DNA of 61,875 bases, counting the filler, from Jimgerdemannia flammicorona (taxonomy: Eukaryota), in assembly GCA_003990765.1 (NCBI GenBank). It is 3 parts of 3 records of this genome, joined end to end, with 100 filler letters (N's around TTAATTAATTAA, not from the genome) between each part and the next. Parts side by side here need not be neighbours in the genome. Positions count along the whole stretch, not along the records: positions 1 to 20,564 come from RBNJ01001651.1; 2 more parts are not named here. The stretch is one strand, 5' to 3'. Of the stretch, positions 1 through 11,171 are shown in pieces. The notes beneath the pieces were generated by a model, which did not search any database, was not told the DNA's origin, and saw nothing but the letters and a program-made list of their open reading frames with translations. The stretch's first letter is position 1, and each line of letters begins with the position of its first letter. A program made the translations under genes and the position numbers.

Positions 1-1230
1 AAAAAAAAAAAAAAAAAAACAGAGAGCGGATTTACTTTAAGAGTGGTTTGTGGGTTATTAAATAGGTTTATTCGCTATTCATAATATTGCTATACTAGGA
101 GTATTTGTGTGAAGGGGTATTGTGGGAAAGTACTCAGGAGTTGTGTTCGGATTGTTCAAGTCTTTCAAGTCTTTCAAGTCTGTTTGAGTCTGAGATTCTG
201 AGGTCTGGGGGAGGGGGTATTTATACTAGTGAGGGGCTATCTGGACTATGCTGAATATGGATGTAGTACTAAGTGCCTTGCTGAGTCGGAATGTAGTCAT
301 GTAGTACAAGTGTAATCTGACATGTCAAGAGATCGTCTGACTGCTGAGTCAGTTCACAGTCATGTCGTATAAGGCTAATCTAACTATACTATGACTGCTA
401 GGCTATTTATAGATTTAGGCACTGTCTGGTTAGTCCTTGATGACATCACTATTGATGACATCATCACTGGCAAAGTCTGAGCAGTTTTTTCTAACATTAT
501 CAGTTTTCAAGATGTCGTCACATCTATCTCTTGTAAGATTAAGGCTGTCCTTGGTAGCGGTAGTTGTACAAGGATAACAGGTCTTGGTTCTCTTTTTTTT
601 TGGTCTGCTGGTGCATTTGCAAGGACTGGCCATTCTCGTCTAGGGCGAGGGCTCCCAATGTCGTGGCTGGGGGTTCGAACCTCTCGGAAATGATATTTTC
701 TGTAATCCGAGGCAATTTCTAGTAGTAATATCTATCACATGGATGGCTTGAGATTGGTTTTGACGTTGTTGGCTTTCTTGAGTTTAGATGAAGTGTCCGT
801 CACTCTCCAACGGAGGTGACACAGATAAAGTGAACAGAGTTGTTCAAATGCGTTTTGCTTCTACTAAGTAATGAGGTCTTGTATAGTCATGGTATATCTT
901 GGTCTTGAGTTGATAAGTGCAGTTTGTGAACCTTTTGATGGGTGAGATAGGGTTCTTCTTGTCTTGATTTGAGTTTGGTACTTTCAGTTTCTTTTGTGAT
1001 AGTACAGTACACCAAACTAGCTATAGCAGTTCAGAGTCAGTCTTATAGTTGTAGTACTTCTTCTAGTATTCTTGTATCTTGGCAGTGGGTTCTCGTGCTT
1101 GCTGGGTATTTGTGTAACCAGATGATCTTCTTGTTTTGTAGTCTCGCATGTGGTTTCCGAATTAGTTCTGAGGATACCATGCGATTTTGGTGGCTTGGAG
1201 GTTGTGCGCCTACAAGAATACTGGTATAAT
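1..1230 (-). mobile_element. 3' remnant of a Ty3/Gypsy element (degenerate integrase C-terminus, downstream region, LTR-like segment)
   Basis: The minus strand around 900-1060 reads as a decayed integrase tail (QEY*KKYYN...LVW...KLKSRQEEPYL...FTNCTYQLKT, GPY/F-like, across frameshifts). A GTATAAATA TATA-like motif lies at ~217-227, as in the other LTRs. CpG-poor. Confidence 0.5.
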
Positions 1231-2354
1231 TCAGTATCACATCAGAATACTGGTACTGGAACAATTTTGTATCACCTCAGAATGCCAGTGCTGGCATTAT
1301 TCAGTGTAATAAAGAACTTAGAGCAGAAAGTTCAGGATCATGGGGGCTTCATCCTCATCATCACTAAAGGAGATAATATCTATGAATTTGTTATGTTTGC
1401 ATGCTTCAATATCATGTGAAATGATGTCATCACTGATGACATCATCACATTCAGTGGTGAGAAGAAGGTCTGGGGCTCTCCAGTCTATGAGATTCTCTTC
1501 TACAAAATAGGGGACAAATGTGGGGTCTTGGGGAGATCTAACCTGAATGCTTGGGCCTTGGAATACTGAGATCAATCCTTGTAGAAATTGGTCTGGGTTG
1601 TCTTGGAGAATGGGGTACCAGAAGTCTTCTACTTCATCACTATTGAGAGTGATAGTGGACTAGACTTCTATAGCCATCCTGGCTTCTAGTACATTGATAT
1701 GGTGGGATGACAGGTCTCTGAAATCTGAGACTCTAACATACTCCAAGTTGGAGATTGACCATGGTGCATGCCTGAAGATCTGATGGATCTTCTTAGCTGT
1801 CCTTGTTTCATGTATATCCATGAGAGTGACATCTTGTAGCACTTGAGTGCTAGCCTGTGGGAACTCCCAGCAGAGAAGGTTTCCTATTTCATACTCCTGC
1901 TATATTTGGAGGTATTTGGTAGCAATGGTGATCCTTGTTTCCATTTTACAGTGGTAGAGAATAAAGTGATAGAGATCTGCAGTACCCAGATTGACACTAG
2001 GAGTCCTTCTTGAGTGGGTCCTCATGGCTCTTCTGATGTCTTGAAACATCCTTTCCTCAACTGAGATGCCTTGGTGATTCCTTGACCTTGAGGTTTGGCA
2101 GGCAGCAGGCATTTTGTTTATAGTAAGTCTTTGAGTTATTTTGGGATTAGTGGTTCTTATTGATTACTGCTATTGCAGTTCCTTGATTCTTCTTTTATAT
2201 TCTTCAGGATGCTTATACTGTAGTCATAATGACTCACAGTTGGTCATCATTGCTTATCTCATATGTCATATAATCTTCTTGTGCTCTGATCTGGTGGCTT
2301 ATAAGGAAAGACTATCTCCTATACTGATGTCATCATTCTGGGATCACTGTTATA
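1230..2354 (-). repeat. Truncated inverted copy of the long LTR of the 2365-11171 element
   Basis: The reverse complement from 2354 (tataacagtgatcccagaatgatgacatcagt...gtctttccttataagccaccagatcagagcac) aligns with the LTR starts at 2365 and 9599. Similarity is lost below ~1230. Confidence 0.85.
1318..2112 (-). pseudogene. LTR-embedded accessory ORF, unknown function (265 codons, in-frame stops)
   Basis: ORF-track pieces 1900-2112, 1660-1842 and 1318-1575 are in one frame, separated only by TAG stops: MPAACQTSRSRN...QEYEIGNLL...TAKKIHQIFRHAPWSISNL...DDEDEAPMILNFLL*. Confidence 0.75.
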
Positions 2355-2364
2355 ATATTTATAA

Positions 2365-3917
2365 TATAATGGTGACCTCAGAATAATGATATCAGCACAG
2401 AAGACAGTCTTTCCTTACAAGTCACCAGATCAGAGCACAGGAAGATTATATGACATAACTCATCTGGGCTATAAAATAAGTAATAATGATCAACTATGAG
2501 TCATTGTGACCATAAGACAGACATCTCAAGGAATATAAAAGAAGGATCAAGGAACTGCAGTAGCAGCAATCTAAACAAAGCTTACAGAAATAGTTCTAAA
2601 GACTTATTATATATAAAATGCCTACTGCTTGCCAAACCTCAAGGTCCAGGAATCACCAAGGCCTCTCAGTCCAGGATAGGATATTCTAAGACATCCAAAG
2701 AGCTATGAGGACCCATATAAGAAAGACTCCTAGTGTCAACCTGAGTACTAGTGACCCCTATCATTACATCCTCTACTACCATGAAATGGAAACAAGAATC
2801 ACCATCACTACTGAATGCCTCTAGATATAGCAGAAGTATGAAATAGAAAACCTCCTTTACTGGAAATTCCCTCAGGCCAGTCACCAAGAAATACAAGATA
2901 CTACCCTTATGAATGTATGTAAAATAAGAATAGCTAAGAAGATTCATTACGTCTTCAGGTATGTATTATGATCAATCTCCAACTTAAAGTACACTAGGAT
3001 CTCAGACTTCAAGGAACTGTCAGCTCACCACACCAATGCACTGGAGACCATGGTAGTTACAGAAGCCCAGTCTACTATCATCCTCAACAGTGGTGAGATA
3101 GGAGAGTTCTGGAATCCCATCTTCGAGGACAATCCTGATCAATTCCTATAATAATTGATCTCAGTATTCCAAGGCCCCAGTATCTGGATTTGATCTCTCC
3201 AGGACCCCACATTTGTTTCTTATTTTGTAGAAGAGAATGTCATAGATTGGAGAGCCCCAGACCTCCTTGTTCTCCTCACTACTGAATGTGATAATGTCAT
3301 TGGTAATGATGTCATCCCACACAATATACACAAAGTATATGAAATACATAACATATATAATGAGATAGATGAAATATTCACAGATCTCATCTCCTTCAGC
3401 AGTGATGAGGATGAAGTCTCCATAGTCTTGAACATTCTGCTTTAAGTTCTTGGTAATACCAGATTTAATCAGCATCCTTTTCCTGTATAACTATTATTCT
3501 TCTGGTATTCTTTTTCTATACTACTGAAATTCTACTAATATCCTGAACTTGGTATAACTATTTATATAGATACTTGAACCTATACTTACAACCATAGTTT
3601 TCTGTGTTTCAGTATTTTATTTAGTTATTAGAATTTATATTTAGCTTTATAACTTAGCAACTATTGAATTATATTTTGTATAAATATCCCTCTTATTTTC
3701 TTTGAAATAAAGTCAGTTTCAGTTCACTTATACTCAATTCTATACAAGCAATCTAAGAGATAACAAGACAGTTTAAAGATAAGAAGTTTGAGGACTATAA
3801 GACCTTGGGAAGGTACTCTAATAAGAACTTGCTTATAACAAACTTATAGTTAGTCTGAGAGATATACCTTAGAGAGAATCTGATATATTTAAAAGACTCA
3901 GTGACTACTATATAATA
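2365..3917 (+). repeat. 5' LTR (~1553 bp)
   Basis: Aligns end to end with 9599-11171. The termini are decayed to TA...TA. TATA-like GTATAAATA at ~3678. Confidence 0.88.
2618..3445 (+). pseudogene. LTR-embedded accessory ORF, 5' LTR copy (276 codons)
   Basis: ATG at 2618 (MPTACQTSRSRNHQG) to TAA at 3445 (LNILL*). Same 828-nt length as the 3' LTR copy; interrupted by nonsense transitions. Confidence 0.7.
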
Positions 3918-3973
3918 ACTTAGTGCCCATTGACTAGTGATTTAAGATGAATCTCTTACTTTCAAGCTAAAAA

Positions 3974-6900
3974 ATGAATAACTACCACAATAACTACTCT
4001 GACTACAAGAGTCACTCTTATAAGAATTCAAGATAAGATAGAAATATACCCCCCCACATTCTATAGATATACTACTGAAGAGTTAATCCTGACCTTTATA
4101 GAAGACTTTGAACAATTCACTACTATATAAGCCCTTGATGTAGATGTACAATTGGCCCTTCTACCTGTCAGCCTCAGAGAACCTACCAGAGATAAGTTCA
4201 ATATAGCTATCATTGCTGATGCTAGTGCAGCCAAACTAGCCAATATGAAGAACTTTCTCAGAACTATATACTATACTGAAGAGATCAAGCAAGCTCTCAA
4301 GAATTAACTCAATACTATCTGTCAGAAACTTAGTGAAGATCCTAACTCATTTTATACCTAAATCTGCTATCAGATTGTCTTGACTGACTATGATGATACC
4401 CTTAAGGAATAAATAGCAGATTCAACCTTTCTCAAAGGAGTTCATCCTAAAATTGCCCTAGCAATCTGGTCTACCTCAGCTGCTCTGACCCTTGACCAGA
4501 AAGTGGTCTTTGCACACTACTAGATACTCTGCTGAATACTTAATAGAGAAAATAACTAGTATTAAGATAGTACTATCAAAGCCAATCAGTATTATACTCA
4601 CTATAGTTGTAAATAGACAACTATTCTCACCTACTCCCAAGACAGCCAAAGCTGACCCAGTGGAGAAACTCACCAAGCAGTTTGCTAAGATGACTACACA
4701 CCTTGGTAATATTGTTAGAGAAGTCTGAAGCACCAATAGGAGACCAGTATAGAGATTTACAGTTACTACAGAAGAATACAATATCATATGCTTCAGATAT
4801 AAAGAAAAAGGCCACTATATAAAGAGTTATATGATGGAAATAAAACACAAGACCCAATCTAGTAATGCTATAAGAACTAGAGAATAAACCAATATAGTAG
4901 TTATTGAGAAGATTGGTGATACTGATGATGAAGAATACTATAAAGAGTCTGAATTCTATCCTGTTACTGAAGATACCAGAACCCAGTCTAAGCCCTATGA
5001 CAAGAAGAACAACAATAAGCCAGTTGGAAGTCCAAAGAAGACTCCAGCTATTACTATTCAAAGCAAGATCCAATCTGAGGAGATTGATCAAGATATAGAG
5101 TTAGATAAAGCTGCTTACTAAATTATTGAAAGCACTACTCTAGTCTCAGGAGAAAGTGAAAGCAAGAAAGAATAGAAGCTGCACAAGACTAAGATCCACT
5201 AGTATTATATCTACAAGAACCTTAAGGAACAGAAGGTCAATACTACTTTTGAACAACTAGCCAAAGTCTCTGCCTTTAGATAGCAGTTGAGAGTAGGACT
5301 TACAACTACTATCAAGAATCAAGAGTATAAGATTGTAGAAGCTCATAATACACAAGAAGAATCTGAAAACTCAGGTGAAGAATCTGAAGACTAGCACAAG
5401 ATATCAGCCTATATTCTATATTAGATTGAAGATTGTATCTTTGATACTATCATTGATACTAATACTAGAGGATGACTCATGAGCAAGAAGGCAATTGACT
5501 ACCTAGGCTGAGATATTGAAGAGTCTATCAAAATAGTCTATGTTACAGTAGATAGCATACAAGCTACCTCTCTAAGCAAGATCTGAGAAGTCCCCATCAA
5601 GATTAGAGGAGCTACCATCTCAGTAAACATAATTGTTATAAGTGCTACTAACTATAATATTCTCATTAGCAATCAATGGCTTCACAAGGCCAAGGCTATT
5701 ATTAATCTCAATGCCCAGAAGATGCAGATCAACTATAGAGAAAGAAAGGTACAAGTCTCTATCAATATTTATAAAGAAGTACTATCAGACATAGAGAAAG
5801 GAGATGAAGAAGATATAGAAGTCTTCATACACTTGATATACAAGAACAAGAGCAAGACACCCAAGCTCACAGATGAGTAGTAGTATAATAAGATCATTAA
5901 TGGCTATATTCTTCAAGAAAGATGTCTCCATGGTACCAGGATGTACTGCTCTAAACATCTGAATGACTGCTGGTCCTATATCAGTAAAGTCAGAAAAATC
6001 TACCAATAAAAGTATAAGCAAGAAGCTGCTGAAGTAAAAAGGGAAGCCAAAGAAGATGACCAGCCCCCAGAGCTTCAAGCTGATAGTGATGATGAGGAGG
6101 AACAAGAACCAGACATCACTCTCAAGATCAAGAAGTTTTACCCCAAAGCTAAGATCCCAGAATATAAGACTGAAGGAGCTATAGAAATGGACCTTGCTAG
6201 TATTCAAGATGCTACCCTTGAGCCACAGACAACCACTCTACTTAATATTGGAATCAGAGTCAAGTTACCAGAAAACTATGCTGGAATCATCAAGATCAGG
6301 AGCAGTCTGGCCAAAAGTGAAATCTCAGTTGAAGAAGGAGTAATTGACCCTGATTATATCAGTGAGATCTTCCTCATAGTTAGGAATTACAACCCCACCA
6401 CTCTATTCAAAGTCAAGAAGCATGACAGGATTGGTTAGATACTAATCTATAAAGTCAAAAAGCCTAAGATCACTGAAGCCATTGAACTCATTAAGACTAA
6501 GAGAGAAGAACAAGATTTTGGATCTACTGGAAGAGGAGCTTATACTGCCACCAAGATTACCAAACTCAAGTACAAGAAAGATAAGAACCAGAATAAGCAC
6601 ACATATATCATTAGAGAAAACTTTCCTCTAAAAGAACAACTTCTCAAGATCCTGCACCAGAATGAAGAAGTACTTACCATAGACTTCAGAGACATCTATA
6701 ATTAAGAACTCAAGTACTATCATAAAGTTGATACCAGCAATACCAAGCCCATCTACCAGAAAGCCAGACCTATACCACCTATCTACAGAGAATGACTGTA
6801 AGCAGAACTCAAGGAAATGGAAGAAGCTAGAAATATCAAGTAAGCTATTAGTCCCTGGGCTTCACTTATTGTCCTTATCCCAAAGAAAGGAAGCAAGCCT

Positions 6901-9263
6901 GAAGAGTTTGCTTCAAAACTCTACATTGATTACAAGAAGCTCAATGCAATTACTAAGAAGGATAGGTAGCTCTTATCAAATATTCAAGAAATCATTACCA
7001 CTCTCAGAAGTAAAGTCAAATACTATACTACCTTAGATCTGTTCTCAGACTTTCATCAGATTGGTCTCACTCAAGATACTAGTGGAAAATCAGCCTTCAT
7101 CATACCTGATGTCACCTATGTCTACCTGTGAATACTATTTGGAATATACAATGTCCCAGCAAGTTTGCAGCAAATGATAAATAGAGTCTTCAGCAATGAG
7201 ATTAGAAAATGACTCTTTATCTATATTGATGATGTGATCATCTTCAGCAATACTATAGGAATATGTCAACTATATATAACTAGCTCTCAAGAAGCTCAAG
7301 GAGTATGGCCTCTACATCAAGTCTAAGAAGTGTAAGTTTATAGCTCAGAAAATTGCCTATCTAGGACACCTCATCAACCAGCCTGGAATTTATATAGACC
7401 CTATGAAGGTTGAGGCTATTGTAGCCTACCCAAGACCCAGAACAACTACAGAAGTCCATACCTTTCTTGAACTGGCCTCTTACTATAGAAGATTTATCAA
7501 AGGATACTTCAATATTGCAGTATCTATCTATAAGCTACTGAAGAAAGAGATCAAATTTGAATAGACCAAGAAATATCAAGAAACCTTCAATAAACTCAAG
7601 ACCAGATTGACTCAAGCACCCATCCTTAGAAGACCAGATTAAAACCTAGAGTTTATCTTGCAGACAGATGCAAGTACTATAGGACTTAGAGTAGTTCTAA
7701 CTTAGAAGAAAGATAGATATAAATATGTCATCTCCTATAAGCCAAGATACCTATAGAGTAGAACAGAACTATAAGTCATATAAGCTTGAATGCTTAGCAG
7801 TAGTTTGAGTAGTAGACAAGTTCTACTACTACCTAGCTGGGAAATACTTTACTTTTCAAACAGACCATTCTGCTCTCACCTAACAATTCTACACTCTGAA
7901 CCCCAAAGAAATATATGCCAGATGGATCTACAGACTGCAAGAATATAACTATACTATCAAGTACTGCTCAGAAAGAACTAATACCAATGCTGATGTACTC
8001 TCAAGGATACTCTGAAACACTCTCATCAAGACTGTTCAATATGAATAAGGAACTATACTATAGATTAATCAGCTATCTTGGGCAGCAGAAGATGCCAAAC
8101 TATCTCAAACCCTGAACTATCACCATTATCAACTAGACTTGGAAATAATTTGAACTAGACAATATTATACTCAGAAAAGGAGAAAAGTTTGTAGTACCTG
8201 AACATAGAAAGTATCAAGTAATGAAGGAAGTATATGAACAAGGACACCTAGGAGGAACCAATATATATGATAAAGTGAGAAGAACTATGTAGTAGTCCAA
8301 GATAAAAGAAGACCTGTACCAATTTGTTAAAGGGTGTAATAAGTGCCAAAAACAGAAACAAGTAGGTATCCAGGTTATCAAGAATTGAGCCTATTCTCTT
8401 CCACTACATCACAATGGATATTATTAGACTACTATCAGTAATACTATCAGAAAACCACTATATTATAGTTATCATAGACCTCTTTACCAAATGAATAGAA
8501 GCAGGAGCATTACAAGAAGCCAATGCTCTCTCTATAGCTGACTTCCTGTACTGAAAAATCATCTGCTGCTATAAGACACCAAGGCAAATCACCACAGACC
8601 ATGGTACAGCATTTGTCAATAGATTCTATAAGATAATGTATTAGAAATACAAGATCCAGCATATCAAGACTACTGCATATCATCCTCAAGGAAATGGACA
8701 GACAGAGAGAACCAATAAGACTCTTAAGAACATTCTGATAAAGATCTCAGACATATATGACAATTGGGATAACTATCTCCCAACTGCCCTCTCTATCCTA
8801 TGAGACATATAGTCACAGAGTATATACTTTACTCCAAGAGAACTGCTCTTCAGAGAAGAAGATTCTAATGGAACCTCAGCTATAAATCTAGACCTAACAT
8901 GGAGATAAGTTGACTCAGAAATCTAGAGACTATATCAAATCAGGAAGAAGGCTGAAGATTATATCATCAAGTCACAAGTACTGATAAGAAAGAATGCAGA
9001 AAAGAATTACAAGACCCTAGAACCCATCCAAATCAGAAAAAAAGTTCTACTATATTGAAATATAGTAGAAGTCTCATAATTGCAAAAACTGGAGCCCAAA
9101 TGAGAAGGACCCTTCTACATACAAGATATTAAGAGAACTACCTTCTGGCTTAGAAAACTCTCAGAAACTATATGTAGTACCTACTATAGTATATAGGAAT
9201 AGACTCAAGAAGTACCATAAATCTATATATATAAGAGAAGCAAAATATAATGACTATCTGTAA
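3974..9263 (+). pseudogene. gag-pol polyprotein pseudogene (Gag-PR-dUTPase-RT-RNaseH-IN)
   Basis: Recognisable motifs: SPWASLIVL, LYIDYKKLN, LDLFSDFHQI, YIDDVIIFS, FLELASYYRRFI, LQTDAS, ADVLSR, AYHPQGNGQTERTN, KLEPK*EGPF. Many stops and several frameshifts. Confidence 0.9.
6120..6535 (+). pseudogene. dut: Trimeric dUTPase domain within pol
   Basis: MDLAS...RSSLAK...GVIDPDY.SEI...DRIG*ILI...R.EQDFGSTG match the five dUTPase motifs. Confidence 0.9.
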
Positions 9264-9564
9264 GGTTCTAGTCTGTGAATTATAACAGCATATCCCATAA
9301 CCAGCAGGCAATCCATCTGGACTATTCTCTAAGAGATATGGCACCAGCAACTACTCATCCATAAGACTTTTGAAGTCAGAAGAGTTTGAACCATCAACTG
9401 ATTGATCAAGATTAGAATCAGACTCTTGCTCTATATGAAGGGAGCAACTCTTCACCATTATGCCAAAATATATAGAGAAGATACTAGCCCATAAATATCA
9501 CTTTTCAACCCTCTGCCAGAGGTTATGGGATCAGCAAATTTTTCAAGACTAGACTAATGAATAA
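9250..9564 (+). pseudogene. Putative small accessory ORF overlapping the pol stop (105 codons)
   Basis: ATG at 9250 to TAA at 9564 in one frame (MTICKVLVCEL*QHIP*PAGNPSGLFSKRYG...LCQRLWDQQIFQD*TNE*). The five internal stops could each be single transitions from CAA, TGG, CGA or CAG. Confidence 0.4.
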
Positions 9565-9598
9565 GAATATTCAATAAGATCCTTATTCAGGAGGAAGA

Positions 9599-11171
9599 TA
9601 TAATAGTGATCTCAGAATAATGACATTAGTACAGGAGATAGTCTTTCCTTATAAGCCATCAGATCAGAGCACAGGAAGATCATATGGCATAACTCATCTG
9701 GGCTATAAGATGAGCAATGATGACCAACTATAAGTCATTATGACTACAAGAAGAAATATAAAAGAAGAATCAAGGAACTATAGTAGCAGCAATCCAAACA
9801 AAGCTTACAGAAATAGTTCTAAAGATTTACTATAAACAAAATGTCTGCCACTCACCAAACCTCAAGGTCCAGGAACTACCAAGACCCCTCAGTCTAGAAT
9901 AGAATATTCTAAGACATCAGAAGAGCTATGAGGTCCTATATAAGAAGGACTTCTAACATCAACCTAGATACTAGTGACTTCTATCATTATATTCTCTACT
10001 GTTGTGAAATAGAAACAAGGATTACCATTACTACTAAATGTCTCTGGATATAGCAGGAGTATGAAATAGGAAACCTCCTCTACTGGGAATTCCCTCAGGC
10101 TAGTCACTAAGAAATACAAGATACTACTCTTATAGATGTACATGAAATAAGAATAGCCAGGAAGATTTATCAAGTCTTCAGGCATACACTATGATTGATC
10201 TCCAACTTAGAGTATACTAGGATCTCAGACTTCAAGGAACTGTCAGCTTACTGCACCAATGTACTGAAGGCCATGGTGACTACAGAAGTCCAGTCTACTA
10301 TCACTCTCAATAGTGATGAAATAGGAGAGTTCTGGAATCCCATCTTCAAGAACAATCCTGATCAATTTCTGTAACAATTGATCTCAGTATTCCAAGACCC
10401 CAGTATCTAGGTTAGATCTCCCCAGGACCCTACATTTGTTTCTTATTTTGTAGAAGAGAATGTTATAGATTGGAGAGCCCCAGATCTTCTTGTTCTCCCT
10501 ACTGCCAAACATGATGACATTATTGATGATAATGTCATCTTATGCAATATATATAAAGCATATGAAACATATGATATATACAATGAGACAGATGAAATAT
10601 TTACAGATCTCATCTCCTTCAGCAATGATAAGGATGAAGCTCCTATAGTTCTGAACATTCTGCTTTAAGTTCTTGGTAACACCAGATTCTACTAGTATCC
10701 TTTTCCTGTATAACTGTTATTCTTCTGGTATTCTGATCTTGTGTAACTCAGAAATTTTCTGGTATTCTTTTTCTGTACCACCAAAATTCTACTGATATCT
10801 TGAACTTATGCAATTATTTGTACAGATACTTGAACTTGTACTTACAACTGTAGTTTTCTATATTCCAGTATTTTATTTGATTATTGAAATTTATATTTAG
10901 CTTTATAACTTAGCAATTATTGAATTATATTTTGTATAAATATCTCTCTTATTTTCTTTGAAATAAAGTCAGTTCTAGTTCACTTACACTCAATTCTACA
11001 TAAGCAATCTAAGAGATAATAAGACAGTTTAAAGATAAGAAGTTTGAGGACTATAAGACCTTGAGAAGACACTCCAATAAGAACTTGCTTAATAAATTTA
11101 TGCTTAGTCTAAAAGATACATCTTGGAGAGAATTTGATATATTTGAAAGACTCAGCAACTATTACATAACA
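9599..11171 (+). repeat. 3' LTR (~1573 bp)
   Basis: Follows the polypurine tract, aligns with 2365-3917, and ends ...cataACA. Confidence 0.88.
9841..10668 (+). pseudogene. LTR-embedded accessory ORF, 3' LTR copy (276 codons)
   Basis: ATG at 9841 (MSATHQTSRSRNYQD) to TAA at 10668; colinear with 2618-3445. Confidence 0.7.

Larger units (their letters stand above)
2365..11171 (+). mobile_element. Full-length degenerate Ty3/Gypsy LTR retrotransposon with dUTPase
   Basis: Two ~1.55-kb direct LTRs; polypurine tract caggaggaaga before 9599; possible 4-bp TSD ATAA (2361-2364 / 11172-11175). Internal order is gag (CCHC remnant ~4790), protease (IIDT ~5450), dUTPase, RT (YIDD ~7222), RNase H (LQTDAS ~7660), integrase. 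Confidence 0.92.
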
